A program made the position numbers and the translations under genes. DNA of 54,993 bases, counting the filler, from Circinaria calcarea (taxonomy: Eukaryota), in assembly GCA_051942165.1 (NCBI GenBank). It is 4 parts of 4 records of this genome, joined end to end, with 100 filler letters (N's around TTAATTAATTAA, not from the genome) between each part and the next. Parts side by side here need not be neighbours in the genome. Positions count along the whole stretch, not along the records: positions 27,599 to 41,259 come from JAVECS010000481.1; positions 41,360 to 54,993 come from JAVECS010000482.1; 2 more parts are not named here. The stretch is one strand, 5' to 3'. This document shows, piece by piece, positions 35,801-47,377 of this stretch. The notes under the pieces are model-generated. The model searched no databases. It saw nothing but the letters and a program-made list of their open reading frames with translations, and was not told where the DNA came from. Position 1 is the stretch's first letter, and each line of letters begins with the position of its first letter.

Positions 35801-36876
35801 AATGCAAATCCCTCACCGAGGGCAAATAGCCGTTGATACCGGTAATGAAAACAATTTTTCCTTTTATTCTCAATTGACATGCAGAAATGATGCTTTTGTA
35901 AGGGGCTTTGGGTGCTGATGGTCAGTGCCAATATCGAATATCAAAGCTTCAAGAGTCTCAGAAAAGATGGCAAGAAATTCGAACGGAGGTAGAAAAGGAA
36001 GAGAGAAGAGGCAGCGTGAAAAACCACAAGTCGCTCCTGTCGATAAAAGAATATAGGAGCTACCCAACTGCATTACAACAAGACGCGGCCATCCCCTGTG
36101 ATATACCCGAAGAAGAGGTCCCACATGCTTACACACCTTCACGGCAGCCACCTTTAGCGTCGTATCCACCAAGGAAGGGGACGGACGACGAATTGGGTCG
36201 CCTCGAACAGCAAAGCCCCTACTGCAGGGCGCCTTAAGGCCCGCACGCGTCATCAATATCCGTCTCTCGGGACAACCAACCCAGGTCTGCGATCTCAGAA
36301 TATGCCACCTTCGCCTTCTCTCTTGAGAATGCATAAGAGGGGAAAAGAGAAGTTCGGCGCGCGTGAAGCCGTACGAGAGCACGGTATCGCTAAGCCGAAG
36401 CTGACAGCATTCACGAGATAGCTGCGAGGGGGTATGCAAGAAATATGTCAGGAGGCATTCGATTCCGGTCTTGAAAGCGGATCTAGGACGTACCGAGTGA
36501 CCGATTTTCCGCATCTGAGTAATAATCTTGCGCGCGGTTAGACTTCTTTTGTTTACTGCGTTTTGTTGGGGAAAGGATACATGAACTGTCCAAGGACGGA
36601 AATATCATTGGTGAATTATATTTTGTAAACGTAGATGCTGTGAAAAAGGCAATCTATTATGCTCCGACCCTGTTCCATCTATCCATGCCTAATTCAGTAT
36701 CTGGGGTTTGCCAATTTTGATACACGTTGATGATATTCTAGAAAACTCTATGTTTCGTGCCGTCCACATCTCCTCTCAAAGGACCCGCTTTGACGGTAGT
36801 GCAACGCTAAGCACGTGGTTCGCGGCGTGTCCCCGCCATGCAAGCGAGAAAAAGACTATTCCAACCTCCAATGGCG

Positions 36877-39800
36877 CTAACAGTATTCCAGCAACCACGC
36901 CTTGAGATCTCCAATCGTAGGGCAATTCAGGAACAGTGATCCCACAACCTCAATGCTCAGTTCCTGGCGGAATTTCTCCGCGATGACCAGGGACATGAGC
37001 GAATCGATCCCCAACGACGTGAAGGCTGCGTCGTCGGCCAGCTCGGAGAGTTCCAGGGCTGCTTCGTGGGCGACAAGAGAAATGGCACGGTGGACGATGG
37101 AGCTCTCGTCGACGTCGGCAGTGGACCCGGCGACTTCGATGACGGCGACTGGTTTCTCCGCCTTGACGGCCTCGACGGCGTCCTTGGCTACCGGCTTCGG
37201 AGCTGGCGTGGCTGGGACGACGTTCCCCACTGGCGCTGCCTTGGTGACAACCGCAGAGACTCCCATTGGCTTGGGTTTGGGCTTGGATTTACTTGTCCCG
37301 GTCTTGACAGGTACTGAGGCGACTTGCTGTGATGGGGTCGCTTTTGGTGCAGTGGCGGACGGCTTTTCGTTGGCATCCGGGGCGGAGAAGAAGCGGTTGA
37401 GGAGAGTGCGAGGGTATTGACGGAAATGAATGTTGCCGACCATGCCGATGATGATTTCGTCTTGCAGGATGTAAACATCACCGTCGAAGAATCCAGGCTC
37501 TCCCGTCGGAATCATCTTGACGTATGACTGATACTTGCCGCCGGGGACCAAGGGTTTGGCAAAGCGCATCGAGTCCCACCCGGGAGTAACGAAGAAGTTG
37601 GTCTTTGAATCAAGGGCGTCGCTTCCGTTCATGATGAATCCGGCTAGGTGAGCAACGCTGTCAATGTAGTGGGGTGGGATATTGTAAGTCCCGCTCTTAT
37701 CGGTACTTAGGATGACATCAGCCATAGCCTCCATCTCGTTGAGAATAACAGAGTGCATCCCCCTGTACTTCTCCGAGTAGTCCACGAGGTTATCGAAGAG
37801 TCTGTAGACAAGATTCCTGGAGAGCTTGTTGGCTTTGCCCTCGACAGCCTGTTGCTGCAAAGCTTCAAGGCGTCCCTTCACCAAATGAGCACTACGCGCC
37901 CACTCGGCAAGCCAAGACTCATTGTCTCCATACTCAATTACGGCAGAGGCGAACATTTCTCCCACTTGACCATCCTGTTCCACTGGGTACCAACAGATAT
38001 CCGCCGTACCGGTTTCGAGATCGGTTGATGCCGCCACCTGGATTAACTGGGGCTTCTTGCTCTTCCGAGCGACCAAACCTTTGGTAACCACTAGATTCGT
38101 CATGTTCATGGAGACTTTCTCGATGTTGGGTTGGAGCTGCTTATAAAGATATTCTCCAAGAGTGAAGGCGACATCAGCGTGAATAGACTAGTGAGCACGT
38201 CAGTGACAAGTCCTCCTCGCAGTCCTGCTACATACCGAGGTTGCTACACCACATCCGTTCATGGTGTGTCCCTTGACTGCCGAGTAGAGGTCTCCTTGTT
38301 GGATATCGGACTGAATGACTACCTTGGCGGTAGTCTCTCCAATCTCTTCCTCGAGAACTTGGTGCACTGTCGACGATCTCAAACTCGACTGAATTGGAAC
38401 AGGCGCAGTTGGAGCTGGTACATCTCCAGATGAGTTGCCTTTGGTAAGTGCCCAAGTTCCGTTGTATTGTAGCCAGTAGTTCTTCTCGTTCCAGGCATAT
38501 GTTGGCAGATCTAGTAATCTGTGAGCATGCTCGAATGGTCGGTTGAACTCAATCCAATCAATATTCAAACCGACACAGTGCAGAGCGCTTAAAGAAGTGG
38601 CCAATGTCGCCCAGTTGTCTTGATCTCTCATTAAAGACGGTACAGCCACGTTGACAGATGGAAGAGTGTTTTTGACAAATCCAATACAAACTGGGTGTGG
38701 GCCAATCTCAATCCAAACGGTCTTGTCGTCGACCGTGGCAAACTCGTTTGCAGTGTTGATTGCACCAACAATGTTGACTGGTTCCCTAGTGCCTCGGACC
38801 ATGTAATTGGCGTTAAAAGTCTTCTCATCGTAGATGACTTTGCCCAGTAGGGGAGAAATGACAGGAATATTAACTGGTTTGTAAACGACGTTCTTTGCCA
38901 CCTCTTCGAATGCTTCAAGAGCTGGGTCCATTTGAGAGCAGTGGAAAGCATATGGTACATCTAACTTGTGGCATTTGTGGCCCTTTGGTTGGATTTCTTT
39001 TTCAATAACATCCATCTGCTCTCTAGTTCCGCACAGAACGAGATCTTTGGGCGTGTTAATGCAGGCAAGTTCGTATGGCAACCCGTTGGCAGCGTTCTCG
39101 ATCTCCTCGGGCGTTCCACGTACGGCCATCATAATGTGACTTCCGATTGTGCATGCCTTTTCCAAGCACTTGGCCCGTTCGCCGACCAGGAAGATTGTGT
39201 CGCTAGCTGAAAGTACGCCAGCTACGTGGAGTGCAGAGTATTCACCCAAACTGTGCCCCATCACGACACTAGGTTTAATGCCCCAGGATTCCCAAAGCTT
39301 AGCCAAGGCTATTTCAACGCAGACAATGGTCAGCTGAATAGTGACTGGAGGGAACCCGTGATCATCAGGGACACTACCATCCAGTGCTGGAATTATGGAT
39401 GGGTAGCCCTGGATCTTGCCAAGGCCGTCCAAATGTAAAATGCTGGAGCGAAAGGTAGGATTTTCTTTGAATAGCTGTATGCTCATCTTCTTATAGAATG
39501 CTCCTTGGCCAGTGAAAGCAAAGGCAACAGATGGCGGGGTGATTGGGATTGGTCGATGAGTGTCGGAAGATGCGGCATATGGAAGTAAAAGCTTAGGGAG
39601 TTGCTTGACGTCTGAAATGCCAACGGCAACACGGAAGTTGTGGTGCACTCTACGAGCGGTGGTGGTGTAAGAAAGATCCGCCAAAGAGATGTCCGGGTTG
39701 GACTCAATGTGTGCTAGAAGACGCTCGATATTTCCCTTGAGGGAGAGCTTGCTCTTTGCAGAGACAGCTACGACATGGTGCGGGCGAGAGTCAACGCCCT

Positions 39801-41259
39801 GGATGACCCTACCCGGCGCTTCTTCGAGAGCAAGAGTAGTGTTTCCACCAGCAGCGCTAAAGTTATTGATGACGGCAATCCTCTTCTTTCCTGGCACCTG
39901 AGGCCACACGGTTTTCTCAAGTGCGATGCGAAGGTTCCGCTTGTCGAGATCCTTCGGGAAGCCCGAGTTGATTCCGTGCTGGATACCAATATGTGGTGGG
40001 ATAGCGTTCTTTTGCAACATACACAAGACTTTGATCAAAGCCATGATACCTGCTGCAGCCTCTCCATGGCCAACGTTGGACTTGGCAGCACCAATGTAAA
40101 GAGGGTTCTTCGGGCCCCGACCCTTTGTGGCGGGTGCGAATACATCGGTGATGGACTTGATCTCAACCAGGTCCCCAGCTTGCGTGCCAGTCCCGTGCAT
40201 CTCTACATAGTCAACGCTAAGAGGGTCAATGCCCGCGCGATTAACGACTTGCTGATAAAGCTCAGACTGTGCACCGGCGTGGGGGTGAGTGATGGAGATA
40301 GCTTCGGCGGAATGGTTGGTTGCGGCAGCCAGAACGATACCCAAAATGTTGTCGTTATCACGCTCGGCATCTTCGAGTCTCTTTAGCACAATGGAGCCGA
40401 CACCGTCTGCACGGCAGTATCCATCGGCCTCAGTGTCCCAGGTCTTGCATCCACCCGTTTTTGAGAGGAAGTGGCCATAACTAAGACCGGCGAAAGCGTC
40501 AGAATTGGTCAGGACGTTCAGACCACCAGCCACAACCATGTCAACATCACCAGCCCACAAGGACGTGCAAGCGATTTGTATAGTAGCCAAACTGGACGAG
40601 CATGCGGTGTCGCAGTTGAAACTCGGTCCTGAAAACTTGAAAAAGTAGTTGATGCGGCCAGGGGCAAAGGCACGACAACCACCAGTGATGAAGTACGTGC
40701 CGATTTCTTGAGCGGTGTTAACTTCGCGGTAATCGTCACTGGCTTGACCATAAAAGGTACCAACTCGGTGTAGATTTTCAGCTGCCGTTCGGTTTGGAAC
40801 GTATCCAGATCGCTCTAATGCTTCATATGCCGTGATGAGTGCAATACGATGCATTGGATCTGTTTGTTGGGCCTCACGAGGGGACATGTTAAAGAATGGA
40901 GCGTCGAATTTTCCAGGATTGTCAATGAAGCAACCATATGGCGTCCAACTGGCATTAGTCTTCTTAAATTCGGGATCATAATGAGTCTCAACATCGAATC
41001 TATCGGCAGGAACCTTCCGGTGACAGTCTCGGCCTGATTCAAACACTTTCCAGTATGTTTCTGGATCGATGGCTTCGCCAGGGAATCGGCAGGCCATACC
41101 AACGATGGCAATCTTTGACTGTAATGTTCCTCGAGAGTTCTCCTCTGATTCCCTGAGGACCCACTGAACAATGTCTTGTGTTTTCACTTTGAGATGTGCG
41201 CTGTCTGATTCCAGAGTGGAAACCAAATCCTTTGTTGGCGCAGACATATGGAAAGCCAT
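36877..41259 (-). CDS. Non-reducing polyketide synthase, [SAT missing]-KS-AT-PT-ACP, no thioesterase (group V type); 5' truncated
   Basis: [64 protein letters not shown] / intron 38235-38188 / SIHADVA and [12 protein letters not shown]. Single [12 protein letters not shown], with the stop directly after it. Confidence 0.96.
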
Positions 41260-41359
41260 NNNNNNNNNNNNNNNNNNNNNNNNNNNNNNNNNNNNNNNNN
41301 NNNTTAATTAATTAANNNNNNNNNNNNNNNNNNNNNNNNNNNNNNNNNNNNNNNNNNNN
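41260..41359. other. Artificial contig linker (N44-TTAATTAATTAA-N44)
   Basis: Same structure as the other linkers. Confidence 0.99.
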
Positions 41360-43078
41360 CCACATCCCTCGGCCTCCACGTCTCCTCCTGCCTCGTTCCC
41401 GGCATCAACCACGCATCGGCTCTACTCCCCGCCCTTGGTCTCCCCGGTCCCGCCGCATCTGCCTTCTTCTCCTCCCCATTCACAACATGACCGTTGACGG
41501 TACTCCAGACCGGTCTCGAAGAAGCTATATCGACCGGCGTCTCGACCATAACTTCCGCCAAGGAACCGAGGGGAGTCCGATCGGTATGGACCAGGGGAAG
41601 TAACGTCCTGTCCGATCGCAACTGATCGAATTTGGCCTTGCGATCCGCTTTTGCGGCATCGCTCGTGCGATCATAAAGGTAGAGCCCGATGAAGGTAAGG
41701 GCGATTCCCGCCGCTTGGACGGGGGTGGTCCGGCTACCGAACCAGACGATGGCGACAAAGATGACGAAGACGCGTTTGATAAGGGAAGCCACGGAATAGG
41801 TGACGGGGGAAACCATGGAGAGCAAGACAAACGCAATGATGTTTTGGCCAAAGTGGAAGATGCCGTTGAAGACGAATTCGAGCGTCAGCCGGCCGTGGTC
41901 GAGCGCAGAGGGTTTATTGGTGAGTTCGACGGCACCGTCTGCGAAGAGGTCGCGGAGAATAGGAAAGCCTTCTGTCCATAGCCAAAGGGGGACGGTGAGG
42001 AGGAAAGCGAGGGCGGAGCAATAGCACAGGAGGTTCAGCTTGTCAAGTTTGCGCTGTTGCAGGTGGGAGGAAGCTAGGCCATCGGCTTCGGCCCGGGCGG
42101 CTTCGTTGAAGAGTTTCTTGGAGAAGATGTTTTGAGTGACAAAGATAAGCGCACCGCCAAAGGCGCAAAGGATCCCAAAAAGGTTGCCCGAAAATTCAAC
42201 GCTACAGGCGAGGATGACACCGAGGGTAAGAGGAACGAGGGAGAGGTAGGTGGAGCGTGAGTAGCGAATATGAAAGATAAAGCGGTAGGCCAAGACAGTG
42301 AAAAGCGGCGATAAGCCTTTGATTGTGTGAACAAGGGAAACGGGAATCTTCGAGGTGGCCGTCGAGGAGAGAATATGTCCGCCAACTTGGAAAAGGGCGA
42401 GTGGGAGGGTGGTCCTGATAACCTCGCGAGTTGGAGAGCGGATGCCGTGTTTGAGGGCGGGAATCGTAGTGCGAAGGTGTGGAAAGAGATAGGCGCAGTA
42501 GGCGAAGAAGACACACCAGCTGGAGACGAAAGCGAATTGGATAAGGGTCAGGGTGATGGGTTTGGGAAAGGCATTGAGAATAGATTTAGACGAAGTATTG
42601 GTCAAAGCGGAGCTGAGATACCAGACAAGGCAAAGAATCTACGATGGGACGTCAGTATCACGGTTTGAAAATGGTGCTATATTATCCATACTATGAGTCG
42701 AACAGAAACAGGTGCCTTTAGGGCTTCCGCAATCTCGTGAGCGTTTGCACCCACACTACCCTTCCTTGTTCGTATTGTTCTGATAGCGTCCGTCAGGCTC
42801 TTCTGGCGTGTATGCCTTGATCCTGTCACATTGACCTGCCCATTACCTGATGACGTGTGGTTGTCTTTCCGCGCTTGCCACCTTTCACTATGTAGTACAC
42901 CATTTCCTCTGGGGAATGCATTGGGACTTGACGTTCTCCTGTTGTATTTCCCCCCCTTCTGATCCTCTTCAGGAATTGAAAGGCGTTCACGGGAGGCTGG
43001 AGAAGGTTCCAAGTCGGGAAATTTGGTGCTTTCCGAATGATTCGAAGATGAAGACCACCGTCGTTCGGCACTGACCAT
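41360..43078 (-). CDS. Triose-phosphate-transporter family (SLC35E/Sly41-like) membrane protein, 3' truncated
   Basis: TNTSSKSILNAFPKPITLTLIQF, KIPVSLVHTIKGLSPLFTV, QNIFSKKLF, LDKLNLL and SPVTYSVASLIKRVFVI. One intron near 42640-42690. Confidence 0.9.
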
Positions 43079-43637
43079 CGTCGGTATGTGCCAGCAACCT
43101 TCTGGCAGGAAGTTTGGCGTGTTGAGAGTAGGTGAGCGGTCGATTTTCGAGGCATATGGACGGTAGACGGATATGAGTGGGTCACAGCGGCATCTTTAAA
43201 TGGACTCTGTCTTCAAGATATCTGCGAAAAGAAAACAGCATGGACCGACAACATTGCCGTGACAGACTTTGTGCTGCGTGGACAAGAGACCACTCTGACC
43301 CCGAAGCAATTGGCAGGAGTGAGTGCAAAGCTCTACGCTCTGTCTTGGACATACGTACGACTCCTGTAGTTGAAATCTGGACGCGAAGTTATTCACATAA
43401 TAAGACTGCAGCCAATCAGAGACGAACGTGCTTAATTCGTAGTGCGCTTTACTCAAGATGGCTTACCTCCATACCGCATTGCATGGAATAAAGCATGTGC
43501 ATAAAATGGTGGGGCCCCCCTAAAAGCATGTCGAGCGACGTGTAGACATCGTATCAATATTTATCTAAGAAAAGTTGTTGTAAAACTGTTACTTCGTCTG
43601 TAGACAGAGTATCATATTTTTGATACCGAAGACTCAA

Positions 43638-46600
43638 ATGATAGCCTTAGAAGTCTTATATGGCTTGCTATGGACTGGCATCACTGTGGACACAATAAAC
43701 CGCATGGTCCCATTGCAGCATCATGGAGGCCTCCAAACCTCAATCCAATTATCAACCGACTGGGAAGTACTCGGACCTTTTCAGATAGGTACAAGGGGTA
43801 AGACTACCCTTTCCAAACAATCTGCGTAGGCAGACCATCGGAAGCAAGAGTATTGAGATCCTGTAGAAGCCACATGGGGAGCAGACCCGTTGGAGTACCT
43901 CGGCGGCTTCCGCTCTCTTTCATACGATGAGCAAAGTACTTATCATAGTTCACTTGCAGTCAATGGTACAACCGGTTGGTCTATCCAAAGAGCTAATGTT
44001 ACTGAGAAGCACCAAAATGTATCCCAAGCAGACTTGACCGTGGCCTTCCCGAATATCGACTGGGTATTTTTACAGTCAATATATGGTTGGGCGGCACTTC
44101 AGTACCAGGCTTGGGCTCGCGGAAACATCATCATCAATACCGAAGACGCTCAGGCTGTGGTGCTCTACACCGACAGTATCCTTGAGTTCTGGCTGGACGG
44201 TATCCTCTACTTCGGGGGTGACGTGTATACCTACCACGGAGCTCCTTTGGTACTTCGATTGGACCCAGGTTCCCATCAGCTTGATGTTCGTCTTATTCGA
44301 GATGTGCGAGCAATGGGTGGCGTCGGACAGCCAAAGACTGAGGTCACCATCAGATGTGAGACATCGAGTGGAGGTGTCGCAATCCTGAAGGAAAAGTTGC
44401 TCCTGCCAGAGTTGCTCAATGGGGTCCTCGCAAGTAATTTTGGATCCTTGCCGCTCCGTAATGAGTATCGTAGCTGGATTGAGGTTCTGGCCATTGCTTC
44501 TATGGATGTAGGTGCATTCACAGCTTTTTGGCAGCGAGTAATTTGCTGATGATGTAAGGACCTTTTCGATGTTTCATTAGTAGAGAAATCCATGCTCAGT
44601 CTTGCGCCAGGCCAAACACGGCCTTTGGCTTTTCACGTATCTATGCTGAAGCTGGGGAGTCTGGAATTGTCGTTGGTGATTACTTATAGGATTCGAGGAG
44701 TTTCCTCAGACATTCATAGCCCAACCATCTCTGCTCTCTTATCCTCTAGAAACAACAGTGAGCCCCATAGGATAACTTTCCTTCACCCTGGTGGTCAAGT
44801 TTCTTATGCAATCATAAGAGCACCTTATGTAGACCCGTCTCAGCAATTGTCAAATGACCATTCCTTACCAATTCTGCTAAATATGCATGGCGCGGGAGTC
44901 GAGGCAGATAGCGAACAGGTACGCCATATGCTCGACTCTGTTCCTGACATCCCGGCATGGATTGTGTTTCCAGCAGGCGTAACTCCCTGGAGTGGAGACG
45001 ATTGGCGTATGTTGTACCATTTACTTTCTTCAAAGCCATCAGACTCATCTCTTTGATAAACCCATAGATGTATGGGGATATGCCGATGTCCAAGCTGCCA
45101 TTGCTGCCATTCCCGTGTGGATAGATGCAACAGCCTGGAGTGGGCCAGGAGTGAATGCCAATAGGGTTTTCCTTAGTGGTCACTCTAACGGAGGTATTCA
45201 TTCACTGTGATGTTTGCTCTTCGAAACCTCCGCTCATGCAATCCAGGACAGGGCACTTGGTTCGCCTTGACTCACTACCCGGACATTGTATTGGCGGCTG
45301 CCCCAGTCTCGGGCTATTCTTCTATACAATGTCAGTACATTCTTCAAGTTGATATATAACGGGACCTAACATCCGTAGCCTATGTGCCATATCAGCTGTG
45401 GCACGAGACAGATCCAGGAATATCTGGGCTTCTTCAAGCTGCACTGGTCAGCTACCGCCACGAGCTGATGACCAGTAATTTTGCTGGTATACCTGTGCTG
45501 CAACAGCATGGTAGTAGTGACGATAACGTTCCCACATATCATTCACGTCGAATGAATCAGCTTACCTCGGAGTCTGGGCAACCGTCAAAATATGTGGAGC
45601 TTGCTAATAAGGGACACTGGTTCCAGGGCGTCATGGAAACGGAACCCCTCCGAAAATTCTATAAAGACGTGCTGGATACCGGTCGAAGCAAGGCACATTT
45701 GCCACTGAAATTCACCGTCGTTATCCCGAACACGGGAGACATGGGTTCTCGCGGTGGCATACTCGTGGATCAGTTGGCATCCCCCGATCAACTGGGCAAG
45801 GTTGATGTCATTCGAAACGAGACATCCTCGACATGGACCCTCAAGACGTCCAATATCTTTCGCTTTCACTTCGCTGACGAGGAGTGGAATGAACTTCGAC
45901 CTGTGTTCATCAAAATCGATTCATCTCCAGTCCTCGCAGTTAAAGATGCCACGAAGAAACTCAGGCAGTGGTTTATCCGAGCACCGGACGGCCTTTGGAG
46001 AGTGAGAAACCGCCCTAAAGCGGATATGAAGCTGACATGAAGCTGACCCCAGCCAGGAAACGGCCGACCCCGCCTGGCAATCCGAGACGCAGCGATACGG
46101 ACGCCAGCGTGGACCTCTCGACGCACTCCTCCGTACACGGGGCAAGTTCATGCTGGAAAACCCCGATACTGCTACTCTGGGGATAGCGTTGCAAATCAGT
46201 CGAAACCTGTTCCAGTACTTCGCCGCCGATTCAGAAATCGTCCAGTCCGTGGGCACTCACCCGTCGCCAGTAGGAAACGTCATCAGCCTCTTCAGAGGTT
46301 CAGCGCCCTTAAGACGGTTAGCAGACGAATATGCGGTAGAGATTAAAGATGGAGAGGGCATATCCATCCGGGACGCATTGGGTGACACACGGCTGTATCC
46401 CTCGGACGAAGGGCTGGGTGCCATCTTCCTCCGGCCCCTTCCGGACGAGCGACTGAATCTCGTGGTATGGGGGGCTGATGACGCAGGCCTTCGGTCCGCC
46501 GCTCGACTCATGCCCATGTTAACCGGTGTCGGTCAGCCAGACTTCATTGTTGTTAGCAAAGCGTGTGCATGGAAGGGGGCAGCGGGAATACTTGCCTTGG

Positions 46601-46650
46601 GCTTCTTGGACCACCGCTGGAATGTATCGAAAACGTCATATCTAAGCTGA
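43638..46650 (+). CDS. Large putatively secreted alpha/beta-hydrolase (peptidase S9-like), multi-exon
   Basis: Hydrophobic N-terminus, WEVLGPFQIGTR, MHGAGVEAD, nucleophile GHSNGG, QQHGSSDDNVP (Asp), GHWF (His), and C-terminal PMLTGVGQPDF. Exons are joined by GT-AG introns. Confidence 0.8.
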
Positions 46651-47377
46651 AGGATTTGAGATCCGGAGGTCCGGAGCGGCCCGTGTGGAGGTTGACCCGG
46701 CGAGTCCAGACCGTTGGAAATGAGGGATAGGGTAAAACATGGCCCCGGCGTCATATCGGTGGAGACTGTAGAGTCAGCCCAATAGGGAGAAGTGAGGTGG
46801 GCCCAGCATGCGGGATATGGGTCTCGGCTATTTAGCTCAGGCCAAAAGAGTAGAAACCCCAGTTTTGCCAAGCTTGAGGTTTGGGGGTTTTCTTACGCAA
46901 CACTCCACATCTTGCTTGTTGACCCCACAGCGGTACTCGGCTTTGCTTGCAAGGGTAGCTCTCTCTCTCATATTTAAAAGGTCGGGTCGTGCCTGTCCCT
47001 TCTTCTCGCAGAGCTCTCTCTTTCTCTCAGCGGTACGTTCACCCCAAGAGACAGCACAATTGGAAGGCACCAACCTGTTGTTGTTTACGCGACGAAAGGA
47101 CCCCACGGTTCCTTCTTCCGTCAAACGCAACAGCTCTCTTCCACAGAGATCTTTCCAGATATATTAGTCTGATCTGTTCCCTTACTTCTTCACGCCTCCA
47201 ATCCATCTTCTTCATCTTCTGCAACCATCTAATCCACCACGCTCTTTGCACAGGACTTTTGGAAACACAACGTTTCCCTTCGGAACTATAGCTCAAGACA
47301 CCTTTGTCTTCGCTTTCAAGCCTACAGCAATCTTAGACCATTGAGCATACTTTGGGTCAACATCGGGTTAAGCCAAC

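Noticed and set aside
9655..41259. NRPS-like reductase and NR-PKS as one PKS/aryl-aldehyde cluster
   Set aside because: They are on different contigs separated by artificial linkers.
41200..41259. SAT-less NR-PKS starting at 41259
   Set aside because: The ORF runs into the contig edge; the missing SAT is a truncation, and the ATG there is probably internal.
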